Assembly: GCA_964016885.1 (NCBI GenBank)
Contig: OZ024749.1
Location: forward strand, 51,026,001 to 51,090,000
DNA from: Eledone cirrhosa
Lineage: Eukaryota
Length of the DNA stretch: 64,000 nt
Reading direction: 5' to 3'
Part shown: one piece after another, positions 42,371-55,478 of the stretch
How the letters are laid out: each line of letters begins with the position of its first letter
Numbering within the stretch: the stretch's first letter is position 1
Notes under the pieces: model-generated
The model's input: the letters and a program-made list of their open reading frames with translations, nothing else
Told to the model about the DNA's origin: nothing
Databases searched by the model: none
Translations under genes and position numbers: made by a program

Positions 42371-42402
<32 letters not shown>

Positions 42403-43059
42403 TAAACTTAACATCAATGCAGATATTTGGGTTGTTTTGAAGGATTTGTTGGTTGCTGAATTAAAAAACCGTATGTAATTGAAAAAAGAAAAAAAAGAGA
42501 GCAAAAACAAAAAACATAAGACATATAATTGTTGGCTTTAAAGTGTATCACATCTTTATATAATGAATTGTTGCGCAAGTGGAAATCTTCTGCGGCATAT
42601 TTAGTGAGAAAATATACATCAATCACAATATATGATATTATGTGTTTGGCATAAGAAATGCAATTATTGAAGCAAAAAGGAAATAAATATTTTTAACGAA
42701 GAACTCATGGAAAAAATCCAAGTTCATGAAAGAAAAATGGAACAGAAAATAACACAATATGAAAAATATTTCTAGATGCAAAGGAGAATTTAATTTCTAA
42801 GAGAAAAAAAAAATTACCGCAAAATTTCTTGTTTGCAAGCAATATATTACGAAAAACATTGATAAATACAACACAAAACTATATATCTTATAAATGTTCA
42901 TATTATTGTTAAAGAGAATTGTGAAACAAATGAAATTCTTGGATTTATGATTATTTTGTGCAGAAAGGAAATGTTTCCATATGTATGAGAAATTATCTTT
43001 AAGTGTTTTGGTTTGGAGGATGAGACAGTCTCCATGTATTTTATAGGTACACAGCAACT

Positions 43060-43390
43060 GGTTGAGATCAAAGCGATTAATACGCCTCTTGACGCTGACA
43101 ATTACAAGATGGTGATGGAGGGACAATTGTTGAGGGGAGAAATTCTAGTGATTCTATGTAGTGGGAAAGAATGACTTCACGTAGTTTATTGATGAAAAGT
43201 CTAGGCGAGCTGGTTGGAGTTTGACATGCGTGAGAGTTCGGTATACACGTGCCTGGTCAGACCGAATGGCCATAGTCCATTGTAGCAGAGAGGAAAGGCA
43301 GGATGTGATCCAGAGATTGGAGTGTGCTCGCGGACGACGCCATACTATTATATATGTGGAGGCATATAGGGAAGTTTGGAGGAAAGGCGA
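43060..43390 (-). pseudogene. CR1/Jockey-group LINE, 3' ORF2 remnant
   Basis: 'TLQSLDH', 'YNGL', 'HVKLQPAR..YVKSFFPTT' and 'VKRRINRFDL' in the order typical of a SFFP.T...WN.LP...FK..IN terminus. Confidence 0.65.
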
Positions 43391-44562
43391 GGTAGTGTGG
43401 AGGTGGGTGAGGTAGTGTAGAGTCACGTGAGGTAGTGTGGAGGTAGGTGAGTTAGTGTAGAGTCACGTGAAGTAGTGTGGAGGTAGATGAGTTAGTGTAG
43501 AGTCACGTGAGGTAGTGTAGAGGTAGGTGAGTTAGTGTAGAGTCACGTGAGGTAGTGTAGAGTCACGTGAGGTAGTGTGGAGGTAGGTGAGTTAGTGTAG
43601 AGTCACGTGAGGTAGTGTAGAGTCACGTGAGGTAGTGTGGAGGTAGGTGAGTTAGTGTAGAGTCATGTGAGGTAGTGTGGAGGTAGGTGAGTTAGTGTGG
43701 AGTCACGTGAGGTAGTGTGGAGGTAGGTGAGTTAGTGTAGAGTCACGTGAAGTAGTGTGGAGGTAGATGAGTTAGTGTAGAGTCACGTGAGGTAGTGTAG
43801 AGGTAGGTGAGTTAGTGTAGAGTCACGTGAGGTAGTGTAGAGTCACGTGAGGTAGTGTAGAGGTAGGTGAGTTGGTGTAGAGTCACGTGAGGTAGTGTAG
43901 AGTCACGTGAGGTAGTGTGGAGGTAGGTGAGTTAGTGTAGAGTCATGTGAGGTAGTGTGGAGGTAGGTGAGGTAGTGTGGAGTCACGTGAGGTAGTGTGG
44001 AGGTAGGTGAGTTAGTGTAGAGTCACGTGAAGTAGTGTGGAGATAGATGAGTTAGTGTAGAGTCACGTGAGGTAGTTTTAGAGGTAGGTGAGTTAGTGTA
44101 GAGTCACGTGAGGTAGTGTAGAGTCACGTGAGGTAGTGTGGAGGTAGGTGAGTTAGTGTAGAGTCACGTGAGGTAGTGTGGAGTCACGTGAGGTAGTGTA
44201 GAGTCACGTGAGGTAGTGTTGAGGTAGGTGAGTTAGTGTGGAGTCACGTGAGGTAGTGTGGAGGTAGGTGAGTTAGTGTAGAGTCACGTGAGTTAGTGTA
44301 GAGTCACGTGAGGTAGTGTGGAGGTAGGTGAGTTAGTGTAGAGTCACGTGAGTTAGTGTAGAGTCACGTGAGGTAGTGTGGAGGTAGGTGAGTTAGTGTG
44401 GAGTCACGTGAGGTAGTGTGGAGGTAGGTGAGTTAGTGTCGAGTCACGTGAAGTAGTGTGGAGGTAGGTGAGTTAGTGTGGAGTCACGTGAGGTAGTGTG
44501 GAGGTAGGTGAGTTAGTGTGGAGTCACGTGAGGTAGTGTGGAGGTAGGTGAGGTAGTGTAGA
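43388..44562. repeat. 20-bp minisatellite (~58 units; variants GTGAGGTAGTGTGGAGGTAG and GTGAGTTAGTGTAGAGTCAC)
   Basis: Direct inspection; alternating variants give higher-order structure. Confidence 0.95.
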
Positions 44563-44658
44563 GACATGTTAGTTCAGAATGAACTGGATATGGGAGGATT
44601 GGTTACAGTATCTGTAACGGATTACGAACCACAAACTTATCCTAAAAACGTTTATGTA

Positions 44659-44816
<158 letters not shown>

Positions 44817-44830
44817 TCTCTCTATTACTC

Positions 44831-45126
<296 letters not shown>

Positions 45127-45140
45127 GAGTAATAGAGAGA

Positions 45141-45192
<52 letters not shown>

Positions 45193-45195
<3 letters not shown>

Positions 45196-45342
45196 CGAAG
45201 GAAATATGGTGGACCATAACGCACCAGAGTAGTCAATACTTAGGGTAGTAGAGTGGGTAGTAGGAATATGTAATACCCCGACGGCAGAGCTCAAGCCCTT
45301 TGGAAACGGCTTGAACTCTGCCGTCGTGGTCATACCTTTTCC

Positions 45343-45345
<3 letters not shown>
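45193..45345. mobile_element. PLE-end family D with terminal hairpin
   Basis: Hairpin ~45260-45344; homologous to the copies at 17637 and 53165. Confidence 0.75.
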
Positions 45346-45375
<30 letters not shown>

Positions 45376-45583
45376 GTAGGTGTGTGTGTGTGTGTATGTA
45401 TGTGTGTATGTGAAGGGGTATGTATATATTATTATATTAAATTGAAAATGTATATGCAAATACAAGCACTCGTACTAGTGTATATTCAGTTGTACACATC
45501 CAGATAGGTATTGAGATAAATACATAGATGCACTCTATATATATATATATATATATATATACATGTGTGTGTATATCTATCTA

Positions 45584-45698
<115 letters not shown>

Positions 45699-45868
45699 GT
45701 ATATATGTATATATATACATATAAATATACATACATACATACATAAATACATATACGCATATATATATATATATACACATATATATATGCATATATATAT
45801 ATGCATATATATATACATGCATGTATATATATGCATGTATGTATATATTTATATTTATATATATTTAT

Positions 45869-45969
<101 letters not shown>

Positions 45970-46369
45970 TATATACACATGTATATATACATATGCACAT
46001 ACATACATATTATATATGCAAATATATGTAAGGGTTGCACGAGATGACGGTCATTATATATGCATGTGCATGCATGCTTTTCCAGTAACAATGCATCAGG
46101 AGTTGTCAGTGACCAAGCATAATTCTTAGAGATATCTTTACAAATTTTATCTATGAACACTGATAACCTTTACTGTTTGTAATTGTATTTCATACAATTG
46201 TTTCTGTCTTCCTTGTGGAGCCTGCTTCTACGTGAAGAAGACATTTGTCGTTTTATACAGAAGCTGTCATTCACAGTAGACATGGTTTTCATAATAACAC
46301 CAAGTTAACTTGATTGCTTCATGGTAATTTTATAACGAAATGTTACGTGTGTGTTCTTTTGTTTTTGCT

Positions 46370-46595
46370 TGTGTATTTGTGTCTGTGTGGTGTGGTGTGT
46401 GTGTGAGTGTGTGTGTGTGTGTGTGTGAGTGTGATTGTGTGTGAATGTGTTGTGTGTGTGGTGTGTGAATGTGGTGTGTGTGTGTGTGTGTGTATTTGTG
46501 TATTTTTGTCTGTGTGGTGTGGTGTGTGTGTGAGAGTGTGTGTGTGTGAGTGTGAATGTGTGTGAATGTGTTGTGTGTGTGGTGTGTGAATGTGT

Positions 46596-46635
<40 letters not shown>

Positions 46636-48762
46636 GTGTGTGTGGTGTGTGAATGTGTTGTGTGTGTGTGTGTATGTGTGTATGTGTGGTGTGTGGTGTG
46701 TGTGTGTGAATGTGTTGTGTGAATGTGTTGTGTGTGTGTGTGTGTGAATGTGTTGTGTGTGTGTGTGTGAGTGTGTGTGTGTATGTATATGTGAATGTGT
46801 TGTGTGTGTGGTGTGTGAATGTGTTGTGTATGTGTGTGTATATGTATATGTGTGGTGTGTGTGTGTGAATGTGTTGTGTGTGTGTGTGTGTGAATGTGTT
46901 GTGTGTGTGAGTGTGAGTGTGTGTGTGTATGTATGTGTGAATGTGTTGTGTGTGTGGTGTGTGAATGTGTTGTGTGTGTGTGTGTATTTGTGTATGTGTG
47001 GTGTGTAGTGTGTGTGTGTGAATGTGTTGTGTGTGTGTGTGTGTGAATGTGTTGTGTGTGTGTGAGTGTGTGTGTGTATGTGTGAATGTGTTGTGTGTGT
47101 GGTGTGTGAATGTGTTGTGTGTGTGTGTGTATTTGTGTATGTGTGGTGTGTGGTGTGTGTGTGTGAATGTGTTGTGTGTGTGTGTGTGTGAATGTGTTGT
47201 GTGTGTGTGAGTGTGTGTGTGTATGTGTGAATGTGTTGTGTGTGTGGTGTGTGAATGTGTTGTGTGTGTGTGTGTATTTGTGTATGTGTGGTGTGTGGTG
47301 TGTGTGTGTGAATGTGTTGTGTGTGTGTGTGTGTGAATGTGTTGTGTGTGTGTGTGTGAGTGTGTGTGTGTGTGTGTGTTTTCCTGTTACTCTTGTTGTT
47401 GTGTGTGTGTTCCTGTTGCTGATGTTGTTTTTGCTGTTGTTGCTGTTGTTTGTTTTTGCTGCTGTTCTTGTTGTTGTTGTTGTTGTTGCTGTTGTTGCTG
47501 TTGTTTTTTCTGTTGTTGTTGCTGTTGTTATTGTTGCTGTTGTTGCTGTTGTTGTTGTTGTTACTGTTGTTGCTGTTACTGCTGTTGTTGTCTGTGTGTA
47601 TGTTGTTGCTGTTGATGTTGTTGTTGTTACTGCTGTTGTTGCTACTGCTGTTGTTGTTGTTGTTGTTTGTTGTTCTTTTTTCATTCTGGCCGGGGGGGGG
47701 GGTTATTAATGTTTTACAACTCGTGTAAAACTGAAGACTGATGTTTATTAATGACAACAAGACATCGACTGCCACCTATGTGTATATGTGTGTGTGTGTG
47801 TGTGAGTGTGTGTGCATGTGAGTGTGTCCGCGTGTGTGTGTGAACGAGAAACAGAACGACGGGGAAAGAGAGAAATAGAGAAAGAGAGAGAGAAAGAGAG
47901 AGAGAAGGTGAGGGTGATGGTTTTGGTGATGTCGTTTAGGGAGATGATTAGGAACGATGCTGGTGGTGTTGCTGATGATGATGATGGCGAAGAATGTTAA
48001 TGATGATACTGATGTTAATGATGATGATTAATGATGACGATGATAAATGATGATGATAATGATAATGATGATGATGATGGTGATGATGATGGTGGTGAAT
48101 AAGATGAATGTTGAAAGTGAGAACGATGATGGATGATGATGTTAATAAAGATGATGTGGTGGTGGTGGTGCATAGATGAGGAGGAAACGGTGATGATGAT
48201 GATAGTGATGGTGATGATGGTGATGGTGATGGTGATGATGATGATGATCATCATCATCATCATCATCATGGTGGTGGTGGTCGTCGTCGTCGTCGTGATA
48301 GTGATGGCGGTGGTGGTCGTGGTGGTGGTGGTGGTGGTGGTTATATGTGTGGTCGTCGTGATAGTGATCGTGGTGATGGTGGTGGTGGCGGTGGTGGTCG
48401 TCGTCGTCGTCGTGATAGTGATGGCGGCGGTGGTGGTCGTCGTGATAGTGATGGTAGTCGTGGTGGTGGTGGTGGTGGTGGTGGTGGTGGTGGCGGTGGT
48501 TATATGTGTGGTCGTCGTGATAGTGATCGTGGTGATGGTGGTGGTGGTGGTCGTCGTCGACGTCGTCGTGATAGTGATGGTGATGGTGGTGGTGGTGATG
48601 GTGGTGGTGGTGGTGGTGGTGGTGGTAGTGGTGGTAGTGATGGTGGTGGTGGTGGTGGTGGTGGTGGTGGTGGTGGTGGTGGTGGTGGTAGTGGTGGTAG
48701 TTATAGTGATGGTGGTGATGGTGATGGTTGTTGTGGAGTTGAGGGGGGGGGGGGGGGGGGGG
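46370..48762. repeat. Compound (GT)n/GTGAAT, (GTT)n and (GAT)/(GGT)n microsatellite field
   Basis: Direct inspection; accounts for the 459- and 481-aa low-complexity ORFs. Confidence 0.95.
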
Positions 48763-49000
48763 GCTGTTGCTGCTAACAATTCTATAATCGAATAAAAAAG
48801 CCAACGTGAAAAGCAAGGATTGCAAAAATTAGAAAATGTCTCTCATAATCTCATAGAGAGACATCTCGCCTATAGAACGGTTATAAAAGCTGCCAATATA
48901 AAATGCTTTGTTCGGAGGCCATCCTCCACATAACTGGTCAGTCTACTTGATAGAATCACCAGCCAGATCTAGCAAATTAGAGTTCACTTCGCAACGAAGT

Positions 49001-49430
49001 TATCGATACTGTGACGATGAAAGGCAAGGCTAACCGTGACAGGATTCGAACTCAGATCTTAAAGGGTCGTAACCCTCTGCTCCGAAGCAGGGTGTTCGAC
49101 ACTCTACCGATTCTACCAAATAATGGGGGTTTTTTTTTAGACACAGGGCCAGTAATTTTGGGGGATGGAGGGGGAAACCGATTAAATCGAGCCCAGTGCG
49201 TGACTGGTACTTTATTTTATTGACCCTGTATGGATGAAAGGCAACGTTAACCTCGGCGGAAGTTGAACTCAGATCGTACGGAGTCATAATACTCTGCTCC
49301 GAAGCAGAGTGTTCAACGCTCTACTGACTCTACCAAATAGTAATAATTGTTTCTTCTTTTGGCACAAGGCTAGCAATTATCCAGTACATTACTGGTACTT
49401 TACTTTATTGACCCCGCAAGGATGAAGGGC
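49001..49430 (-). mobile_element. Three adjacent CORE-type SINE copies or fragments
   Basis: 49001-49121, 49135-49340 and 49345-49430 match the family reverse complement. Confidence 0.85.
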
Positions 49431-49509
49431 AGGTGTATTTATGATATAATGTTGAGTCTCAGGAGAAATCTGTTCTCGAGGGAAATGGAGACTCACACAA
49501 ATACACACG

Positions 49510-49575
<66 letters not shown>

Positions 49576-49600
49576 TGTAATAAACAACATAAGATAATTA

Positions 49601-49661
49601 TTTCATTTACCAGTGGTTTCTTGAAAGCAAACAAAATTTGCTTTCAGTCATCAGAATGAAA
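49601..49661 (-). ncRNA. Type I hammerhead ribozyme, family I
   Basis: UUUCAUU-CUGAUGA-CUGAAAGCAAA UUUUG UUUGCUUUCAA-GAAA-CCA C UGG-UA-AAUGAAA. Confidence 0.85.
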
Positions 49662-50416
49662 AAATCCTGGTGTATTTATTGACAGTGGATTTTAAAAACA
49701 AAAATATAATCTATATGAAAGTGAGGCTGGAAAAGGAAGAATGAAAGGAAACAAAATAAATATAAAAGTAGATAAACACACATGCACACACACACGCACA
49801 TACACATATACATGCACACATATATACATCTATATACATATATATATATATACATACACACACATATATATCTATATATATATATATATCCATATATATA
49901 TATATATACACACACATATACAATCATACATATATACACACGTACATACACACACATACATACACACATATATACACGCATACATATGCACACACATATA
50001 TAGATATATGTACACACACCTACATACGCACACACACAATAAATTATATGAAAAAATAATAATGAAAAATTAAAATTAAAATTAAAAACAATGGACAACT
50101 GTATTATGCAAAAGGGCGTCACATCAAAATAAAAATAAAAATAAAAATAAAAAATAAAAATAAAAAATATACGACTTAAGAAAATAAAATAAAAATTATT
50201 ATGAAGTTGACAACGATACAGGAAAGGACACACATAAATAAAGAAACACACGTGGTAAGCAATACCACAATACCACATACACTTACATATATATAAATAT
50301 ATACATACACACACACACACATACACACCCATATACATATATATATATATATATATATACATACATATATATATACACATATATACACATACATATATAT
50401 ATATATATACACACAC

Positions 50417-50487
<71 letters not shown>

Positions 50488-50703
50488 AAAATACATAAAT
50501 ATTATATATATATAAAAATAAAAAGGTGGAAGAGGTAAACAAATAGTTGGGAATACGACAAATAATAAATAAATAAATAGATAAAGGTATAAATGTTTGT
50601 AGCTGATTTAGAGCACACAAGTTCCTAGAGCAAATAATCAATGAAAATAAACATTAAATCACTCTGTATGTAATTATGCATACAGATATATATAAAATTT
50701 TAT

Positions 50704-50743
<40 letters not shown>

Positions 50744-50751
<8 letters not shown>

Positions 50752-51461
50752 CGTCCCTTCACGCACAAGGCGCCAAGGTACGCATGTATTGTCCAACCAA
50801 ATGCCAGTGTGGTTCAATGGCGGGTTAATAAATTAACGAGCCAGAACAAATATAAACAAGTTTAGCAAATAATGAAAGTTTCAAAATAAATTTTTAAAAA
50901 TTGACTTTACCTACTATAGTTACCTTTACCGGTCGGTTTCGAATCCCAAAAATAAAACGGAGACCATACGGCCTTCGTTGCAAAGAAAGATTCTCGTCAG
51001 AAGGTTCTTTTCATTCAAAGAATATAAAATTCCTGAATTTAAATCACAAACTAGCGCTATCAAAACTGTTCCTGGGATGAGAGTGGATGAAGAAACAGGT
51101 TTATCAAGGGCCGTAGCAAAGATAGAGGCAAAAGGAGGTAGGTCGAACTAGCTACAGCTATTGCTAGCAGCAGTCAGAACGACCAATTTTGTTCTCAACG
51201 TTAGTGGAGGTAGTAGTAATATGAAATACGTTCCTTCACGCACAAGGCGCCAAGGTACACATGTATTGTCCAACCAAATGCCAGTGTGGTTCAATGGCGG
51301 GTTAATAAATTAACGAGCCAGAACAAATATAAACAAGGTTTAGCAAATAATGAAAAAGTTTCAAAATAAATTTTAAAAAATTGACTTTACCTACTATAGT
51401 TACCTTTAAAGTCAATTTTTTAAAATTTATTTTGAAACTTTTTCATTATTTGCTAAACCTT

Positions 51462-51465
<4 letters not shown>
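50744..51465 (-). mobile_element. Retrozyme-like / non-autonomous PLE partial tandem (1.4 x ~480 nt) with 5' inversion
   Basis: Direct repeats 50744-50928 and 51221-51408; inverted segment 51407-51465; hammerhead at the repeat boundary. Confidence 0.8.
50922..51005 (-). ncRNA. Type I hammerhead ribozyme, family J, with extended loop II
   Basis: ACCUU-CUGACGA-GAAUCUU...GGGAUUC-GAAA-CCG AC CGG-UA-AAGGU. Confidence 0.88.
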
Positions 51466-51518
<53 letters not shown>

Positions 51519-51769
51519 TACACATATACACAACACATACATACACACAGAAATAAATATCTATAAATAAAAAAGGTGGCTATGTAAAGGGTAAGGTAGA
51601 AAGTAGGGGGGAATAAGAAAATAAATAACATAGGAAAAAGTTTAAATATAAGGGGAGATAAGGGAGAAAAAGAATATAAGAGTACAGAAAGTGAGTTCAG
51701 AGAGTAATAAAAATCGTAGTGAATGTAAGGCGTAGAGAACAGAGAAGAAGTTCAAGGTGGTTGAGTCAT

Positions 51770-52055
51770 CATACGAATGTCAATCCAATTGCAGATCAGA
51801 TGTGATTTCAGGTGATGACAACATCTGATTATCTCGGTCTTGGAGTTCAGGCAAGTTGAAGTGGCTTTCAAGTTTTGTAGAATCCTAAATTTTTCAGTGC
51901 TACACAAGAACAATTCTTTGTGCCTCTTTGGTATTCCCTCGAATGGTCTAAAATAGACCAATCGATAGAGTACGGGATGTTTTTATCTTTGAATTTCCAC
52001 ACCTTATTTGCGAGAGCCGCTGCTGTTCTTTTATCAGAGTGTTTAAAAGTTTTTT
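51770..52055 (-). pseudogene. PLE GIY-YIG endonuclease C-terminal remnant (frameshifted)
   Basis: 'KTFKHSDKRTAAALANKVWKFKDKNIPYSIDWSILDHSREYQRGTKNC' joined to 'LCSTEKFRIL...CLNSKTEIIRCCHH' fits W.LK...I.W.I...Y...C.LC..EK..I...LN...E...C.H. Confidence 0.8.
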
Positions 52056-52088
52056 TAAAATCCACTGTCACTAAATACACCAGGATAT

Positions 52089-52149
52089 TTTCATTCTGAT
52101 GACTGAAAGCAAATTTTGTTTGCTTTCAAGAAACCACTGGTAAATGAAA
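52089..52149 (+). ncRNA. Type I hammerhead ribozyme, family I (inverted copy)
   Basis: Same fold as 49601-49661; 7-bp stem I, 10-bp stem II. Confidence 0.85.
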
Positions 52150-52261
52150 TAATTATCTTATGTTGTCTATTACATAACTATTAATCTCTGTAACCTACAT
52201 AGAGCACTCTTTTTTCCTGGACCTTTCCGACGGAATTACTTCATTCATATATATATATATA

Positions 52262-52338
<77 letters not shown>

Positions 52339-52556
52339 GATAACAATATATCGTTATAGGTAATCCGATTAGAGGTTGTGAATACTTCTTATCATGGATA
52401 GATTTAGCGTACGGCGTTGTATGACTCAACAAGAGGTTTACGTGGATGACGAGTTTATGACTTCACTTGTATTCCTATGTAAGTATATCTTGGAGTAATA
52501 AAATTGAAAAAGTGAAGAATAACATGGTTAACAGTACAAACAAGGAAATTTATTTA

Positions 52557-52665
52557 CAGTCTAACAATTGTTTCAATGATAGAGTTGTCTAAAAATTGCT
52601 AAACACTGAAAGCAGTGCCACTCAATTTAAAATACATGTTAACCCCATCATATCCTCAGAGACTG
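52557..52665 (-). ncRNA. Type I hammerhead ribozyme, family K, with long insert in loop II
   Basis: CAGUCU-CUGAGGA-UAUGAUGGGGUU...AACUCUAUCAUU-GAAA-CAAUUG-UU-AGACUG. Confidence 0.8.
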
Positions 52666-53164
52666 AGATAAAATATAAAAATATATGCGTAACCGGCAAA
52701 TTTACAAATTCAAATTACCACATCAATAATAATTGTTTCTACTCAATAATAATATTAATAATAAAGATATAGAGAGAAACAAAGGAAGAGGGAAGGATGG
52801 GAAGGAAGGGAGGAAGAAAGAAGAAGGAGAAAATACAAATATATGCGTAACCGGCAAATTTACGACTTCAAATTATCACATCAAAATAAATTTAATAATA
52901 AAGATGTAGTAAAGGTAGAAAGGAAAAAGAAAAACGAAGAAGGAAAAAGAGAAAGAAACAGAGAAAGATGAAGAAGGAAAAAAGGAAAAGGAAAAAAGAA
53001 AAAGAGATAGAGAAGGAAGAAGAATGGGAGAAAGTTATTACAACTAAAAATACCCAGGCAGAGACATCGTAGGAAAGATAGAAAAGTGGAGACGGACAAA
53101 CAGACGAGTAATGTAGATAAACACAAGCAGAAATAAGATGGAGAGAAGAATATATATATATATA

Positions 53165-53304
53165 TAACGAAGGAAATGTGGTAAGAAACTAGATGGACCA
53201 TAACGCACCAAAGTACTCAATACTTAGGGTAGTAGAGTGGGTAATAGGAACAAGTATGACCCCGACGGCAGAGCTCAAGTCGTCGGGGTCATACTTGTTC
53301 CTAT
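53165..53304. mobile_element. PLE-end family D with terminal hairpin
   Basis: TAGGAACAAGTATGACCCCGACG / CGTCGGGGTCATACTTGTTCCTA perfect stem. Confidence 0.8.
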
Positions 53305-53475
53305 ATATATATATATATATGTATATACATATAGGTCACACACATAAACACATATATATCATGTATTATTTATTGTATATATTCATAGAATTATACATTT
53401 ACACATAAATATACAATGACCTACATATAAACATACATTCATAAGTAGATAAATACATCCATACATAAATACACG

Positions 53476-53519
<44 letters not shown>

Positions 53520-53572
53520 AATGCATAGGTGTGTATATAAGTATATATGTACATACATAGGTACGTATGCAA

Positions 53573-53663
<91 letters not shown>

Positions 53664-53740
53664 TATACATATATATATATACATATATATGTTTGCTGTA
53701 TATATATAAATTTGCGTGTGCGTGTATGTGTGTGAGTGTC

Positions 53741-53773
<33 letters not shown>

Positions 53774-54100
53774 TCTGCTCCAATGATGACGTTAATGGTA
53801 TGTTTCCTACACAATGTTATTCTACAAATCATGTGACATGTTATATTAATACTTCTACTTCTATGGAAGACGGCTTGGTCTCGTTTTGTTTCTTATTATT
53901 GTTGTTGTTGTTGTGGTGGTGGTGGTGGTTATCTTTGTTCTTTTTTCTTGTTTGCCTATTGTTATTTTTGCTTTTGGAAAATTCAATTGTTTTCCCTTTG
54001 ACGCTAAGAAATGTATGTATTTATACAAATTTTCAAAGATATTCGTATCTTTAGAATGATATTTTATTCTCTATTTTAAGTTATATATGTATATATATTA

Positions 54101-54222
<122 letters not shown>

Positions 54223-54739
54223 TGTATATTTAGTACTTGTACATGTTAACACTCTCGATAACTTATGTTAGTACTCTGTCTGTATATAGAAACTATACTT
54301 TACATGTGCCCTAATTCAAGTAAATACTTTTGTATGTATGTTTATGTGTACATATCTCCGACCACCAACAACATCACCACCACCACCACCACCACCATCA
54401 TTATTACTACTACACCTACTACTGCTGCTACTGCAATAACAGGGATATTTTATACCATTCACAATTTGCTGAACAATATAATCGATCTGAAGGGGATTTG
54501 AATTCAGAAAGTATTGTTTGTCCATGCGTAACAGGTCATGCGAGTACGTAGATTCCCCTTCATTGAGATCAAGAAGTGATATTTTGATTTAAAAGAGGTG
54601 AGTTCATATCCTTCCGTTGGTCTTTCTAAATTGGAAACATTTTCAGTATTATTCGTTGCCAGCGAGAACAGAAGATAAGATCCACGAGATCACTCATTCC
54701 TAAACTATGATACAATTATCATTCTGTATCCTAAATCAG

Positions 54740-55350
54740 TTCACTTCATCATCCGAGCTCAACTCAGCTTAATTCAGTTGAACTGAATTCACTACAACTG
54801 GAATCAGCTAATCTCAACTACGCTCGTTCCAAGCCACCTCATCTCAGCTAAGCTTAACACTACTCGTCTCAGCTCGATGCAGCTCACTTCTGATAAGTTG
54901 ATTCAGCTCAGTTCAACTTTGTGTCAGCACAAATTATATCATGTCTTGTTATCACAGCACAGCTTAACTCTGATCAGCTTAATTTGAGGTCCAACCCACC
55001 TCATCTCAGCTAAGCACAACACTGCTTGTCTCACCTTCATGCAGCTCAAATTCAGTTAAAATAATTCAGCTCAGTTCAAATTGGGTCGGCACAGATCAGC
55101 TCGGCTCATCTCATGTCATCTCAATACAGCTTAACTCTGATGCCGCAGCATAATTTATTTAATTCAGGGCGGCTCAATTCATTGAAGTCAACACAACTGA
55201 AAACAACCCAAATCAGCTGAACCCAGCTCAGCTTAGCTCTGCTCGATACAACTCAGTTGAAATTAGCTTGATTCGGCATACCTCATTCTGTTGAACTCAA
55301 CTTCACTGAACAGAGCTCAGTTCATCTGTACTTAGCTTAGCTTACGTCAG
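54740..55350. repeat. Degenerate pentamer satellite (CTCAG/CTCAA/TTCAG)
   Basis: Recurrent CAGCT and AACTC words with ~5-bp periodicity. Confidence 0.7.
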
Positions 55351-55385
55351 CTCTTTTAAAATGCGTTCTTACTGATGTTCTTCGT

Positions 55386-55478
55386 CTTTGCCTTTCATCC
55401 TTACGGGGTCGATAAAATAAAGTACCAGTAATGCACTGGTGATTTGCTGGCCTTGTGCCTAAAAGTAGAAACAATTAT
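55386..55478 (+). mobile_element. CORE-type SINE, 3' half
   Basis: CTTTGCCTTTCATCCTTACGGGGTCGATAAAATAAAGTACCAGT...AAAGTAGAAAC. Confidence 0.88.

Larger units (their letters stand above)
49571..52245 (-). mobile_element. 5'-truncated Penelope-like element with inverted pseudo-LTR
   Basis: 49571-49698 is inverted to 52053-52179 (plus tail to ~52245); encloses the GIY-YIG C-terminus; hammerheads in both arms; (TA)n on both sides. Confidence 0.8.

Noticed and set aside
43388-44562. let-7 miRNA gene cluster
   Set aside because: Only the first 9 nt match let-7 and there is no precursor hairpin.
46305-47775. 459- and 481-aa ORFs, and all YI/HT/VC/poly-G/V/T ORFs in the track
   Set aside because: They are translations of di- and trinucleotide microsatellites with no domain content.
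54442-54597. Possible plus-strand exon (AACAG| ... GAG|GTGAGT)
   Set aside because: Stops in all three frames and a poor acceptor; unsupported without RNA data.
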